A DNA stretch of 62,872 nucleotides, the filler included. It is 15 parts of 15 records of this genome, joined end to end, with 100 filler letters (N's around TTAATTAATTAA, not from the genome) between each part and the next. Parts side by side here need not be neighbours in the genome. Positions count along the whole stretch, not along the records: positions 39,308 to 44,135 come from SRR7504441_21748; positions 44,236 to 48,776 come from SRR7504441_21750; positions 48,877 to 51,876 come from SRR7504441_21755; 12 more parts are not named here. One strand, 5' to 3'. Made by a program: the position numbers and the translations under genes. The notes under the pieces are model-generated. The model was not told where the DNA came from, did no database searches, and saw only the letters and a program-made list of their open reading frames with translations. This document shows positions 39,308 to 51,976 of the stretch, piece by piece (the first letter of the stretch is position 1; each line of letters opens with the position of its first letter).

Positions 39308-39763
39308 ACTGGCCGGCCGTCGGTGCTCTGGGAGGAGCGCGACTCCAAAGTTACGCTAACAGACTTCTGCGAGGACGCCGACGGAGACGTTGCTGGCATT
39401 GCGGATCCGACAGCTGAGTGGCCAGAGGAGCCGGCTTGCAAGCTGGTCGAGCTCGGACTGAACTGCACCGAGTCCGGCTCAAAGCGCGCCGTCAAGAAGC
39501 GCCCGACAGTGGAGGGCTGCATCGGGCAGCTTAAGGTGCTGATGTTGCTGCCGCCTGCAGAGCCGCCGCCGGACTCTCAAAAGGAGTGCGTAGTCTGCTT
39601 GGAGGCGGCCCGCGGCCGGCACCGGTTCATGCCATGCAAGCACTCCGTCTGTTGCGGCGCATGTGTGGAGATGCTACAACAACGGGACAACCCTTGCCCG
39701 GTTTGCGACACACCGATCGAGGCAGTGCAGGAGGGCTTGTTCTTTCAGACGTACTCGAGCTAG
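39308..39763 (+). CDS. C-terminal part of a C3HC4 RING protein
   Basis: CVVC..FMPCKHSVCCGAC..CPVC. Confidence 0.8.
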   Translation, partial: TGRPSVLWEERDSKVTLTDFCEDADGDVAGIADPTAEWPEEPACKLVELGLNCTESGSKRAVKKRPTVEGCIGQLKVLMLLPPAEPPPDSQKECVVCLEAARGRHRFMPCKHSVCCGACVEMLQQRDNPCPVCDTPIEAVQEGLFFQTYSS

Positions 39764-40026
39764 ACACTAGCCTAAGACAGCCGGACTAATCAAGAGTTAC
39801 TAACAATCATAGAGGCCTTTGATGAATGACAAGTTCTAATAAAGGGCGTTTATTAACATATACAGCGGTCACCGTGATCCCCGTTCACGATGCTGGTTAC
39901 AGAAGTAGGGATAAAGTAGGGACCCTAGTAACTGACCAGACCCGCCCACATCCTGCCGTGCTCTCATCCTGATCGCGATCGCTGCATTTCTGAAGAGGCG
40001 CACGCCGACTTGTGACAGCGAGTAAC

Positions 40027-40900
40027 ATGCTGGCTCGAGCGGCGACGCGCGCGGTGCGGGCTTGGCCGGGGACGCGGGGGCTGTGCGCCCAGCAGCAGCT
40101 GTACGACCCGTCGGCCTGGTTCGGGGCCGCCCGGCCTGCGGCCACCAAAGATTTCATCTTCCAGCAAACAGTCCGGCTCGGCCCGCGCCGAAGCTGAGCG
40201 GCGGCAGATGATCCGAGTCAAGGACCCGGCGGCCAGCCTCAAGTTCTACGTGGAGAATCTGGGCTTCACGCTGGTCTGCCACCGCGATTTCCCGGCCTGG
40301 GGCTTCTCGGTCTACTTCGTGGCGCTCTGCGATCCTGGGACTGTCCCGTCCGACCCGGACCAGCAGTTTGAATTCTGCATGCGGTGCCCGGCCCGGCGGG
40401 GCAGTGGCACCAGCCGGGGCAGCTCGCCGGCGTGCCTCGAGATCACCTGGAACCACGGCAGCGAGCTCGAGCCAGAGGCCCGGCTGTACAACACCGGTGC
40501 GCCAACCGGCCGGCTCGGGGCGAGGCCAGGCAGGCAACTCGGACAGCTGCGGGACTGCGGACGGGCAGAAGGTGCGGGGTGGGTTCGGGCACATCGGGCT
40601 CACCGTGCCGGACGTGTACGCGGCTTGCGAGCGACTCAAGGCACGGCCCGCGGGATGATGGGGCCGGTGAGTGGATCGACTAGGCGCTCGGGGTGGAGTT
40701 CACCAAGACACCGAATGCCGGCGGGATGAAGGGGCTGGCCTTCATCAAGGACCCAGGTCCGGCCCGGCCGGCCCGGCTGAGCGTGTGCAGACGGTTACTT
40801 GATCGAGATCCTGCCGCAGGGCCAGATCGAATCGCAACCGGTGGACTGCGACGGCGTGCGGGACGACAGCGGCGACCTGTACAAGGACAACAGCAAGTGA
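40027..40900 (+). CDS. GLO1: Glyoxalase I (lactoylglutathione lyase) with mitochondrial-type presequence
   Basis: FQQT|MIRVKDP..SLKFY, LEITWNHG, GFGHIG..VPDVYAACER, GLAFIKDP|DGYLIEI; Arg/Ala-rich N-terminus. 5 mini-introns. Confidence 0.95.
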
Positions 40901-41065
40901 ACTGCCTGCCCCACCCGCACCCACCCTAGCCTCTAAACAAGGCTAGCCTAACAACTGAAGTTCATCAGTGCATAACAAATATGAACGATTAATTCGTCCG
41001 TTACCGATCGCCAAACTGCACATTGCCTTGCCCACCCGGGGGGTTGCAGGCCTCGGGGGTCTAGT

Positions 41066-41873
41066 ATGGGGGGCTGTCAACCGGAGGAGCAGCGCGACCG
41101 GGAGGAGAAACCGGCCCCCACCCCCGCCCCAGAGCTCCCCGACCTCGAGGCCGGACGGGTTGCCTCCCCAAAGGTGCGGCCTGCCCGGCCAGGCCCCGAA
41201 TCCGGAGGCCCAGGACCCGCAGCCGGCCGCTCCCACTCCAGCGGCCAAGCCCGCCCGGCCGGCGATCTCGCCGAACGATTCGCTGGCGGCAAGCGAGGTC
41301 CGTTACGAGCCGCTGAGCAAGCCGGAGGCTACGGTGGCGGCCCGGGGGGTGTTGGAGGAGGAAGAGGCCGAGCAGAAGGAGCTCGAGGCACAGCTCAAGG
41401 CGGCCCGGCAGGGGCCGAGCGCGGCGGACTGCGCCCAGATGAGCGACGAGCAAGTGGACGAATGGTGGGTGGGGCGGGGGCCTTGGGGCGAGGTCGGAAC
41501 AGGTTCATCGAGCTGGCGGACAGGATGGGGCTGCCCCAGTCGGCGATCGAGATGATGAACACGCACACCAAGAAGCAATACGTGGAGAGCGAGATGGTGA
41601 AGAAGCCGCGGGACAAACTCAAGGGGATGGTCTACCGGGCCAAGCGCAGGAGGACCAAGCAGCTGGCGGAGCACGACACAAGGCACCCGCCCCGGCCGCA
41701 CCTGGGCTGAGCCCGACCGCAGGGTGCTGCTCGGACTGTACTGCCTGGCGATGGAGAAGAAAACCAAGAGCTGGCCCCAGTTTGAAGTCACCAGGGAGGC
41801 GGTCGACGAGTCGGCCAAGACCAGGATAGCCGTCTGGGTAGACAAGCAGATTCGAAGGATCGACCAGCTCTGA
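41066..41873 (+). CDS. Hypothetical protein with N-acylation motif (MGGC) and a formin GBD-like helix
   Basis: Three introns, including GC-AG 41683-41722, give a continuous frame; EQVDEWFIELADRMGLP..KKQYV. Confidence 0.55.
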
Positions 41874-42053
41874 GCCTCCGAGCTCCGCGGCTTGCTTCCT
41901 CCGCATAGTACTAGCACCACCGATTACGATTTTATCAACCACATACAATTCAACAGCTCACATCTCAATAAAATATTCAGTAAAAGAAATAATTAAAAAA
42001 AAACACCGGGCCCCCTCGGCCCCAAAGCAGCATGAAGACCGGGCCCAGGTGAG

Positions 42054-43150
42054 ATGGGCACCGGAGCTTCGTGTGCCTGCGCCCAGGAGGCCGCGCTGCC
42101 CGACTCGCCGCCCGACTCGCCGCCCACGGTCCGCCGGCTGGTGCCCCCGCTGCACGCGGCGGTGCTCGCCGGGTCGTTGGATCAGGTCCGGCTGCTGCTC
42201 ACCCACTCGCCGGCCGCCGCCGAGCAGCTAGACCCGCAAGGCGAGCGGGCGGTCGAGCTGGCCGCCCGGGAAGCTGATCCGGCCATCGCCGAGCTGCTGA
42301 TCAAGGCCGGCGGTCCGGCGGTGGGGCCAGACGGGCACGGCCCGCTGCACATGGCCGCCATACGGGCCGACGGCAAGGGCCGGCGGGTTGCCGAGGCGGC
42401 GCTCGCTTACGGGGAACTGACGGTGGGCCCAAGCCGGTCCGTTGGAGCGGGGACAGGCGCTGTGTGGATGCGACTGGGAACAATGCACGCCGATACATCT
42501 GGCTGCGGCCCACAACAACAAGCCGGTGCTCGAGCTGTTGCTGCAGTTCGCCAGCCCGGAGGCGCGGCCCGAGCCGGGTGGTCCGGGCGAGCGGGGGCAG
42601 TTGATCCGGGCCCGGGACTTTGAGTTGTGCAGCGCGTTGCACCTTGCTGCAAGTGCTGCCGGGGACCCCGAGGTGCTGCTCGCGCTGATCGAAGCCGATC
42701 CCGAGGGGGTGGGCGCCGCCGACCGTGAGGGCTGCACGGCGCTGCACCTGGCGGCGGCCGCTGGGCATCTGGCGGCGGTCCGGGTGCTGCTTGCGGCGAT
42801 GCCACTAGAGCTAGTACACAGGATGGACAGGCACGGCCGACCGGCGGGGGGTCTGAGCCGCACGGCAGGGCCGGATGGACCGCGCTAGAGCTGGCCGAGG
42901 CGGCCGAGCACACGGAGATCGCCCAAGCGCTCCGAGTGGGCCGGTGGTCGTGCAGGCTGAGCGGTGGCAGGGCGTGGCGGAGGAGAGGCAGGAGCGACTA
43001 GCGGTGGAGTTTGACAGACGGGTGGCCGCGAGGGAGCGAGGGTGGGTGGAGCCCAGCCCGAGCCCGCCGGATCAGGGGCCCGATGCGACTATTCAAAAGC
43101 TGCTGGCTTTCGAGGAGGTTTTGAACCAAAGGCGTGTTGGTCAAGGGTAG
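42054..43150 (+). CDS. Ankyrin-repeat protein
   Basis: PLHAAV, GPLHMAA, TPIHLAA, SALHLAA, TALHLAA, TALELA after removing 4 mini-introns. Confidence 0.85.
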
Positions 43151-43238
43151 CTGTGAGAGTAAAGCCAACTATTATAGTGTCAGGCGCCTACTTTATGCTT
43201 GGACCTAAGGTCAGGCTACTCCGGGCCGCTGGCACGCA

Positions 43239-43601
43239 CTAGCTCAGCTCCGCCGGCGGGCCTGTGGTGTTTGTCTTGTTCGCCCACAGTTCGAACTTCC
43301 TATGCTTTGCCTGCACCTCGGCGATGGCGGTCTTGTCATCCACGCCTCTTGCTAGCTTGATCATCTCCGCTTCCTCCCGTTTGCTCCGGTTCAGCGCTTC
43401 CCCGGCCGGGGTGGCATTCAGTTTGAGCAGGATCGGCCCGGTCATCGCGCCGCGCTCCACCGGCTCCAAGTCCTCAGCCAGCAGGCCTGCCCCCGCTCGC
43501 CCAGCCCCAGCAGCGGACATGCCTGGCCCCAGCGCCACCGCCTGCTCCGCCGCCCGGCACGCCGCCAGGCACAGAGCCAACATCAGAGGGCACCGCGCCA
43601 T
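43239..43601 (-). CDS. Small secreted hypothetical protein
   Basis: Signal peptide MARCPLMLALCLAACRA; N-glycosylation sequons; probable in-frame 36-nt GC-AG intron. Confidence 0.55.
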   Translation of the reverse strand: MARCPLMLALCLAACRAAEQAVALGPGMSAAGAGRAGAGLLAEDLEPVERGAMTGPILLKLNATPAGEALNRSKREEAEMIKLARGVDDKTAIAEVQAKHRKFELWANKTNTTGPPAELS

Positions 43602-44052
43602 CTCGCAGATCCGGCAGCCCTCACGGACGCGAACTGCACTGAGAGTCAGAGACGATGATACTCATGGTAGAGGCATCCGTCCACGGTACGTCCACGGGAT
43701 GAGTGATGACGATGATAGAGGCATGAATTATGTATATTAGAGGCATCTGTGCCTGCTCTTGTATGTGTTAAGCATTGATGTATTTGCGTACTGCAACCCC
43801 TACATGCTAAATTGTGTAACTTAGGTTTGCCGCTTAGTTGTCCCCACGAGCATATCACTATTGTAGTAACTTAGTTTGCGCACCACTAGCACATCACTAG
43901 GTGGCTACCGGTATCTAGTACTAGGTACTTGGGTACTTCGAGTCTTACACTGAACAGTGAAGGCCGGAAAAAACCACCGGTGGACTCTTCGGCTTATCGT
44001 TATTTTCCTGTCACATTCCTGCACGTCGTGCCGAGCGCGCGCGAGTGTTGAC

Positions 44053-44134
44053 ATGGGTTGCGGCGGATCGAACGAGAAGGACGCCAAGCCGCGGGAGGAG
44101 CAAAACTTTCCGGCTGGTTGGAACGTGGAGGCCG
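44053..44134 (+). CDS. 5' end of an N-myristoylated protein (truncated)
   Basis: MGCGGS followed by FPAGW (possible WW start), runs into the linker. Confidence 0.45.
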
Positions 44135-44778
44135 GNNNNNNNNNNNNNNNNNNNNNNNNNNNNNNNNNNNNNNNNNNNNTTAATTAATTAANNNNNNNNN
44201 NNNNNNNNNNNNNNNNNNNNNNNNNNNNNNNNNNNTTTGGAATTAGGAGTTGCTATGGGAGGGTCTTTCTTTTGTTGAAGCTGATGTAGTTGGGTACGAT
44301 GCCTGTATGCACCAAGTCTAAGCAACCTGTCCAGTGGCTGCTTCGCGAGTATGAGTTAGATTCATGTTAGATTCATGTACAAGGCGTGAAGGCCGACGCC
44401 GGTAAAGGCGCTTAGCTTTATGAGCGCGATGAGCGGGGCGGGGAACACACACATGTCCCGCAGGCTCTGCTTTAAACAAACCTGCCAGCCTCCACCTGGC
44501 AGCCGCGGCTCCGACTTGTCGCGACCGCACGGCTCGTCGTCGAACAGCGGGCACCCTCCATGCCGCTGCCGGGTTTTCTCCGCCGCGGGGCGGTACATAC
44601 CCCAGGTAGCCATCCACTGTTGCTGCTCCGCCGGGGTCATCCGGGCGTCCAGCCGGTGTGTGATCCCGCGCTGTGCCATCGCCCTGAGCCCCGAGGCGTC
44701 TCCAGCATTTTTGTGCAGCCGGTTGTGGATTCTACACAGCTGCGCTGAGTGACCACTGGGCACAGCGCCCTGGCGGCC

Positions 44779-47700
44779 ATGGCCGAAGCGGTCCAGCGGA
44801 TGCGGATGGTCCGCGGGGTGCGCTCCCCGCGCAGCCGGCCGGTGGGACTGGCCGAAGGGGCCGAGCTCGGGGGGGACTCGAGCATCCTGTTCAGCCAGCG
44901 GCAGACGGCGATCTCAAACGGCCGATTCCTCTGGCACCAGCCGGGGCTGCACGAGCGGGTAGCCGACCTGGTCAACGACTCTGGGTTCGGACTCTTGCTG
45001 GACCTGTTGCAGGGGGTGCTCAGCATCGCGGCCAGCGCGCTGTACGTGTGGAGCACCTACAGCTCGGAGTTGTGGTGGATGGAGCGAGTGGAGATCTTCC
45101 TGGCCTCCTTCTTCATAGGCGAGTGGCTGCTCCGGCTGTACGCGTCAACCGACAGTGACCGCCCCCCCTCTCTGGGCCGACGGCAGGGCAGGAGTGAAAT
45201 TTATATTCACGTTTGAATCTCTGGTGGATTTAGTCTCTTCGGTGCCGGTGCTGGTGCTGGTCTCGACTAACCATGACACGAGCAACCTGATGTTCCTCCG
45301 GATGGGCCGACTGCCCAAGCTGCTCAAGGCACCCCCGGCTGATTGTTAATTTGATTTGTTATTTGTTCAAAACGTGCAGGTGCTGCGGCTGCTGCGGGTG
45401 GTTCCGGCTGGTGGCAAGCTGATGGCGGCGCACCGGACAGAGTCCGTTGGCGGCCGGCCGACTAACTGAACCCAACGGACAGATTCGTGGACGACCCGCA
45501 CATGCTCCGAAAACAAGTGATCAAAGTGATCATGTCAATGGTGCGAGAGCTCGCTATTATTTGATCTAATATAATTACACAGCGGCTGGACTGAGCGCCG
45601 TGGCAGATCAGCATCGTGTTCTGCTCCGCCGGCTTCTACCAGACGCTCGGCGGCGAGGATCCGCCTCTCAACTTCAACCAAGCCCTGTACTTTGTGCTGG
45701 TAACCGCAATCCCAACCGCCATCCCCAACGGTAATCAGGTGACGCTGAGCACCGTTGGGTACGGGGACGTCACCCCGGATACGTGGAACGGCCAGCTGAT
45801 CGTGATGGGGATCATATTGCTAGCGGTTATAGTAATACCTGTACAAATATCCGCAATAGTCGACCAGTACGCTCTATCATGGCACAGCAGAACTCAGCAC
45901 TTGCGGTCGCAGGGTGCTCTGGCACAAGTATCACGCCAGCTTCGAGTCCCGGACAAAGCACATCGTGCTGCTGGGCGACACCTCGCTGCCTTCGCTCAAG
46001 CAGTTTCTGGAGGAATTCTTCTTCCGAGCTCATTTCCAGGCGCGCGTGGCAGCCGCATTTTGATAACGGCATTTTCAGGCGGGATGTGCGAAGAAAGTGG
46101 TGATCGTGAGTCCGGAGCCGCCAGATCATGGCATGCTGTCGGTGCTTCGCAACCGGACTCATGGACACAAGGCGCAGTGGCTGTAGTGTGTTGGGCGCTG
46201 ATTTGGAAGGGCACAGATCTGGTGGCTGCAGGGCGTTTCGGACTCGCGCGACACGATGCAACGGGCTGGTATAACATGGCCGTTGGGATATTCGAGTGCG
46301 CCGGGTGTGTGTTGATTGGGGCTCTTAATGGCAGGCGTGGACCGGTGTGACGCTGTGTTTTTGTTTGTGAGGAGAACAGTAGACAACAGTCTGGTGGAGG
46401 ACGACAACAGGGTGATTATACAGGCGATGGCCTTGAGCAACTTCAGGCCGGACTGCCAGGCAATCCCAACCGCCGCCCATGGCCATTCAAGCACTGGTGG
46501 CAGATCTTTTGCAAGATTGGCTGCCAGCAGTCGATGCGGCATCCGCTGTTCAGCGCTCGCTCGGAGGACACCACCGTGCTGTGCATCGACGAGTTGAGGT
46601 TCATGCTAATGTCTCACTCGAGCATCTGCCCTGGCTTCGGCACTCTGATCACCAATTTCGTCACGTCGTTCGACTATGCGCCACCAAACCCGATCAGGGC
46701 CGGCCAACGGCCGACCAGTCACTGGCTGCAGGAGTATTGCGGAGGCATCGGCTACAACCTCTACCCGGCAATTAATCAATACTACTACTACTAATAATAA
46801 TAGTAATGATTAGTTGCCACGGCCCAAACTGAGCAGCGGCGCAGGCTCTGTTGGCTGTAAATCTGGCGGGGCTGCGGTTTGATCAGCTTGTGATGTTAGC
46901 TCACAGAGGGTTCGGGCTCCTGGTGCTGGGAGTGCAGGTGCTTGTGGCTGAGAATGGCCGACTGGCCTAATCTGTGGCTGAGACAGTCGGCAGGCCTCAA
47001 CGCCGACCGCCGAAGGCCAGTACTGTCTGCACCTCAACCCGGGGCACTGCTACACGACTGAGGTGCCCCGTCGGGTTGTCAGGTCTGAGCCGGAGGCCAG
47101 GACGGCGACGTAGCACTCATGCTCGCCAGCTCGCCACAGCACGCGCAGCGACTGTCCCAACCGCTCACCCCCGAAATCGTGGCCCGACTGGCCCAGCTTC
47201 CAACGGAAAACATGCCCGTCTCGGAGTCGCCGCTGTATTGCGACGCTGTCCAGCTGCCTCACACGCCAAGGCACCCGGAAACAGGCTCAGCCAAGCCAAC
47301 CGTACCCACAGCTCTGCCTACAAACAGTGCACCGACCCAGCTGAGTCGTTGTCAGTTCAAACTGATGTTGGTGCTCGGGATTTGGGCGGAGCGTCACCGA
47401 TTAGTCCGTTGGCGGTGCTGGATTCAGCTGTGGGCGGCGGCGGCTGCGGGGACACGCGCCATGTTGCAGAGCTTAATGCTGCAGAATTGTGACCAACTCT
47501 CGGGACACGTACTGGTGCTCACTCCGGCGTCGGAGCAGCTACCGTTTAGTCGGCAGCTGTTGAAGCAGCTGCCCCCGACCAACCACGTGGTGTTGGTAAC
47601 GGCTAGCCCAGAGGCGGCAAAGCTGGCTCTTGAGAGGGTAAGAGTGCTGGTGCTGGCCGGGCAGTACAAGGTTTGGGTGATCATAGCTGATCCTTCGATC

Positions 47701-48483
47701 CCTGCCGAGTTGGATAGACTGAACGTGCACCGAGCGGCCAGATTCCTTGTGCTCAAGACGACAAGCGCCCAGCAGTGGAGTGTGGCCGACCAACTGATGT
47801 CCGACTCCCTAACAATTGCCACTGTCCTCGCTGTGCAGCAATACTCGCACTGCTGGCCGTCCTTGCTCTTGTGCGAGCTTGTCCACCCGCAGAACATGCT
47901 CTTATTCGAGCCGCAGACCAAACGGTTCAATATAACGGACGATCCTGACCTGAATCGGATTTATGAAGTGGCAGACCCTCAAGTGAGTCCGCTCTATGCC
48001 TCAGGAGTGTTGTTCTCCTCTTCGAGAATGATCGACAACTTAATGTTTGCAAGTTACTACAACTGCTACACCATGGGGGTCGTGGCCCGGATGGCCGCCG
48101 GTCAGCTAAAGCTGGCCCCGGTCCCTGCCCAGCTGGTTGGATCCAGCTTTTCAGCTCTGCTAGAGTACTGCGCCAGTTGCTCAGGCGGCGGCGCTGTGGC
48201 GCTGGGACTTTACCGGCCAGCGGGGCATCTAGATAGCGAGCTGCCGTATGTGTACGCGGCGCCGCTCGGGTGCACGGTGCTGGTTGAAGGCGACCAAGTC
48301 TATCTGTTGAAGCCCGAACACGGGGATAATTACGGATGCGAGCAGAGCGAGCGCCCGACCAGAGACCACTTGGGCGCTATGGATTATGAGAACCAAGCTC
48401 ACTTAGGCGACGTAGAGCTGGAGACTCCTAAGGGCCGATCGACCGGGGTAATTGAAGGGGATAAAGGAGTAGTCTTAGAATAA
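44779..48483 (+). CDS. Slo/BK-type K+ channel with two RCK domains
   Basis: S1-S6 helices; pore YFVL|VTLSTVGYGD; HIVLLG; LCIDELRF..SSICPGFGTLITN; WLQEYCGG; PLYASG; ALGLYR..LPYVY..GDQVYLL. About 13 introns. Confidence 0.92.
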
Positions 48484-48876
48484 AGATGACTTAATCTGAC
48501 ATTAATTTCGACAAACCAATCTCGTTAGTGAGAGGGCTACAACGCGACATCGGCATATGGCTTTATCAATGAACGACCCCTCTAGATGCCCAGTCAGGCG
48601 GTACGTCGAGCGCGGTGGCCGGCCTGTTGCCTGGCACAGCTGCGACAGTCGTGTTGGTACAGGGACGGGGCAGCCGGCAGACCCGGAGGGGATAGGCGAT
48701 CCCGGAGCTAGTGGTGGTGTTTAGAAACACCGTTTGTGCCGGCTTGGTGGGACGGTGCCGGCATCGTTTTGGCCGCNNNNNNNNNNNNNNNNNNNNNNNN
48801 NNNNNNNNNNNNNNNNNNNNTTAATTAATTAANNNNNNNNNNNNNNNNNNNNNNNNNNNNNNNNNNNNNNNNNNNN

Positions 48877-49860
48877 GTGCAGCTGCCCATTGAGCCCGGG
48901 GCCTCGCAGCTGGTGCTCACCCCGGCCTCAGTAGCCGCTTCGGCACACACACCACTGTATTTCCGTTGCTGGTGCACAGCGGGGGGATCGACGACGCTTG
49001 CAGTGGAGCCCTCCATGTAATGCCCGAGGTAGCCGCCACCGCCGGGGAGTGGCGGGGTGTTCTCCGGATCCTGGAAAAGAACGGCCGGCGGACCCGGATC
49101 GCTGAGGCCGGGACCATCGCCGGGCTGCCGCCCGGAGCTGCGCTGCCCCCCGAGCTGGTGGTCCGTGCGCTGCTGCCGCTGGCGGCCCTGCCCTCCGGAG
49201 CCGCCTTCGTGCCGCTCGAGTGCCGTCAGCCGGAGCGGGCCGGGGACTGGAAGACCTTCCTGGCACACCTGGGCAAGACCAACAGCTTTGGCCGGATAGA
49301 GGCACCCGCCGGCGCCGCAGTGCTGCTGGCGGCCGACCCGGACAACCCGGATCGAGCCCGGTGCGGCTGGCTGGCAGGGGTGGCCAGTCCGGAGCCCCCG
49401 GTCCCGCCGGCCCCGCCGGCCAAGCGGAAGCTGGAAGATGATCCGGCCAGCGCCAAGCAGAAGCTGGAGGAGGAGGTGGCTGGCCGCCGGCGCCGAGCGG
49501 AGCGCTGGGTGGCAGCTGATGAGTCTGAGCGCGAGCCAGCTCGAGACTCGACTCGGGGCGGCGGAGGCGTTGCGGACTAAACTGAGTCAGGCGCTAAGGC
49601 TGCTCAAGGGCAAGGCAGCCAGGTGCCGGCTGGTGAGCCGCCAACTGAGCGATCGGGAAGGCTTGAAACACAGAACGCAGCGCTGAGCACCAACATGACG
49701 GTAACAGGCAGCAGAGGTGGCGTGCGATATGGCTGGGTAGGCGCTGTTCGAGTATGCTGAGTCGGAGATTGCAAGTGTCCACCAGAAGATCCTGCAGACT
49801 AGAAATAAGCTGCCTGATGAGAAGCACAAGCACGTTGTTAGGAAATGGATGGGGATTTGA
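48877..49860 (+). CDS. 5'-partial protein with possible SPOC-like domain and C-terminal coiled coil
   Basis: WKTFLAHLGKTNSFGRIE..AVLL; NLS-like PAKRK; spliced to TGA 49860. Confidence 0.5.
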
Positions 49861-49970
49861 CGAGTCGCCCGTTCGATCGCAATAGCTTTTATAATTTCGG
49901 GTAAATAAAATGAATAGTCTATCTCTAGATGGGTTGTGAGTGCTACGAGCCGGCAGTCGGTCACATGGAC

Positions 49971-50324
49971 TCATGAGGCTATGTCGTCACTCATTATTAT
50001 TGCTACTCCAGCCAAGACCCATTTGTTGACTGGATGATTAGTCTTCAGCGTGCTTGCAAAGGTAAACGTCCCACCTCGTTTGGTGGTCACGTATACAGGA
50101 CAAAGGAATATCTTATCAAGCACAAATTCCGAGTGCAACACTGCGCGCACCCGAATCACAGGCAGCATTGGGTGCAGATCCTTAGCTATCGAATCTGTAA
50201 TGATTGCGCGCTTACTGTCCCACCGAGCGCCCTCCATGAACAGCCCGTGGACATACATTCCATCTTCCGAGTAGCTCTCGATTCTTTCTAAATCAGTTGT
50301 GCCTGTCACGTCAGTTACGGTCAA
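49971..50324 (-). pseudogene. C-terminal fragment of axonemal outer-arm dynein alpha heavy chain
   Basis: GMYVHGLFMEGARWD..LHPMLPV..CPVYVT..KWVLAGVAIIMSDDIAS*; in-frame stops immediately upstream, no motor domain. Confidence 0.8.
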
Positions 50325-50457
50325 TTCAGTCAGCTATTTGTTCTACAACGACACAGCGGCGTCAAATTGTGTGCTGTTTGGACCTGGTCTTCAAGGGTGT
50401 ACCTATGGCAGGTCTACCAGTCTGATGCTGCAAGCAAAGGATACCACAAACGGCCGG
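50317..50457 (+). pseudogene. Inverted internal fragment of the dynein alpha heavy chain N-terminal IPT/filamin region
   Basis: TVNSVSYLFYNDTAASNCVLFGPGL..LMLQAKDTTN resembles the Chlamydomonas alpha-HC segment TVN..Y.YFANTAARNCIAYGPGL..IIQAKDTLN (recalled from memory). Confidence 0.7.
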
Positions 50458-50891
50458 CCCAGTCAACAACTCTCAGGCTGCTAATAAGCCGCCTAATATG
50501 CGTCATTAGCCTGCAAATGTATATGTAAGAGTGTTGAAGCCAATTTGTAGTGCGCGTTGTCGAGGGTGCTTGATAGTTTATTGGATAACTAACAAGGCTG
50601 CCGTCCCGGCAAGTGCGCCGGTGAGAACAGCCAGTGAGAACAGCCGAGTCCGAGACGCCAAGCTTTCAAACCTGATCAACGATCGACTAATTGACTGATC
50701 GAGGTGATCCGACGTCCAGATGTACGGGAGCCATCTTGGGGCAGGCGCGGGGGGTGCAGAGTTGTGTACAGAGCCAGCAGGTGGACCGAGCGACCCGGCC
50801 GGCCCTCAACTCTGCCCTCGATCGCGCCGGGCGCTTCACCACTGTGCAGCTGCTCATCGCTCATCGATTCATCTCCAGAAGCTTCGGCGCG

Positions 50892-51876
50892 ATGGACGGC
50901 GCGGGCGGCGGTGGCAAAGGGGGGCTCCAGTCGCTCGGGTGTGCGGCCGGCTGGCGGTAGAGCTGAGCCGCTGCCACAGGAAGCTCTTCATCGGCGGGCT
51001 CTCCTGGGAAACCACCAGCGGTGCGCGGCCTGGCTTGGTGGGGCCAACCCATCGGGTGGTTGCGCAGATAAGCTACGCGACTATTACTCCCAGTTCGGGG
51101 AGCTGACCGACGCGATCGTAATGAAGGACCGGGAAAGTGGCCGGCCCCGTGGCTTCGGGTTTGTCACGTACAAGGACGAGTCGATCGCGGAGCAAGTGGC
51201 CGCCAGCGTCCACGAGCTCGACGGCCGCAAGGCGAGCCGGCCGGCCGCCGGAGCAATGACCAGCGGCGGGCAGGTGGACACCAAGCTGGCCGTCAACCGT
51301 GACGGGGCCATCCCTGCCGGGCACGGCGGGGACGCGGCCCCGCAAGATCCGTCGCCCAAGCTGTTCGTCGGGGGGATCTCTCCGATGTCGACAGAGGGTG
51401 GGGAGGGCCGGGCTGACTGGGGCTGACCGGCCGGCGACCAGGCTCGATCGAAAACTACTTTACAAAGTTCGGCAAGGTCGGCCGGCGGGCTGGCTGCGGG
51501 TTGAGCTGCAGGGCAGGTGACAGAGGTTGTGCTGATGAAGGACCACCAGACTGGTGCGAGCAGAGGATTCGGATTCGTCACCTTCGCAGAGCAGCAGTCG
51601 GCCGACGATTGCATAAAGGAGGCCAGGTTCCACACTGTGGACGACAAGCAGGTCGAGGTCAAGTCTGCCGAGAGCCGTCAGGAGAGGACGAGAGCAGAGA
51701 GGACTGACCGAATGAAAGGCGGCGGCAAGGGCAAAGGCGGCTACGGAGGCAAGGGCAAAGGAGGACCGGTCCGAGGCGGCGGTTGGGAAGGATACAGTGG
51801 ATGGGCTGGCAATGGCGGCTATGGCGGCGGCTATGGCGGGTACGGAGGAGGCTACGGTGGTGGCGGGTACGGGGGT
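50892..51876 (+). CDS. Two-RRM, Gly-rich RNA-binding protein (hnRNP A1/Musashi-like), 3'-truncated
   Basis: KLFIGGLSWETT, RPRGFGFVTY, KLFVGGIS, SRGFGFVTF; GGYGG tail. 5 introns. Confidence 0.93.
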
Positions 51877-51976
51877 NNNNNNNNNNNNNNNNNNNNNNNN
51901 NNNNNNNNNNNNNNNNNNNNTTAATTAATTAANNNNNNNNNNNNNNNNNNNNNNNNNNNNNNNNNNNNNNNNNNNN

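Noticed and set aside
44362-44679. Possible small gene divergent from the BK channel
   Set aside because: No homology, and the frame after the putative intron is ambiguous.
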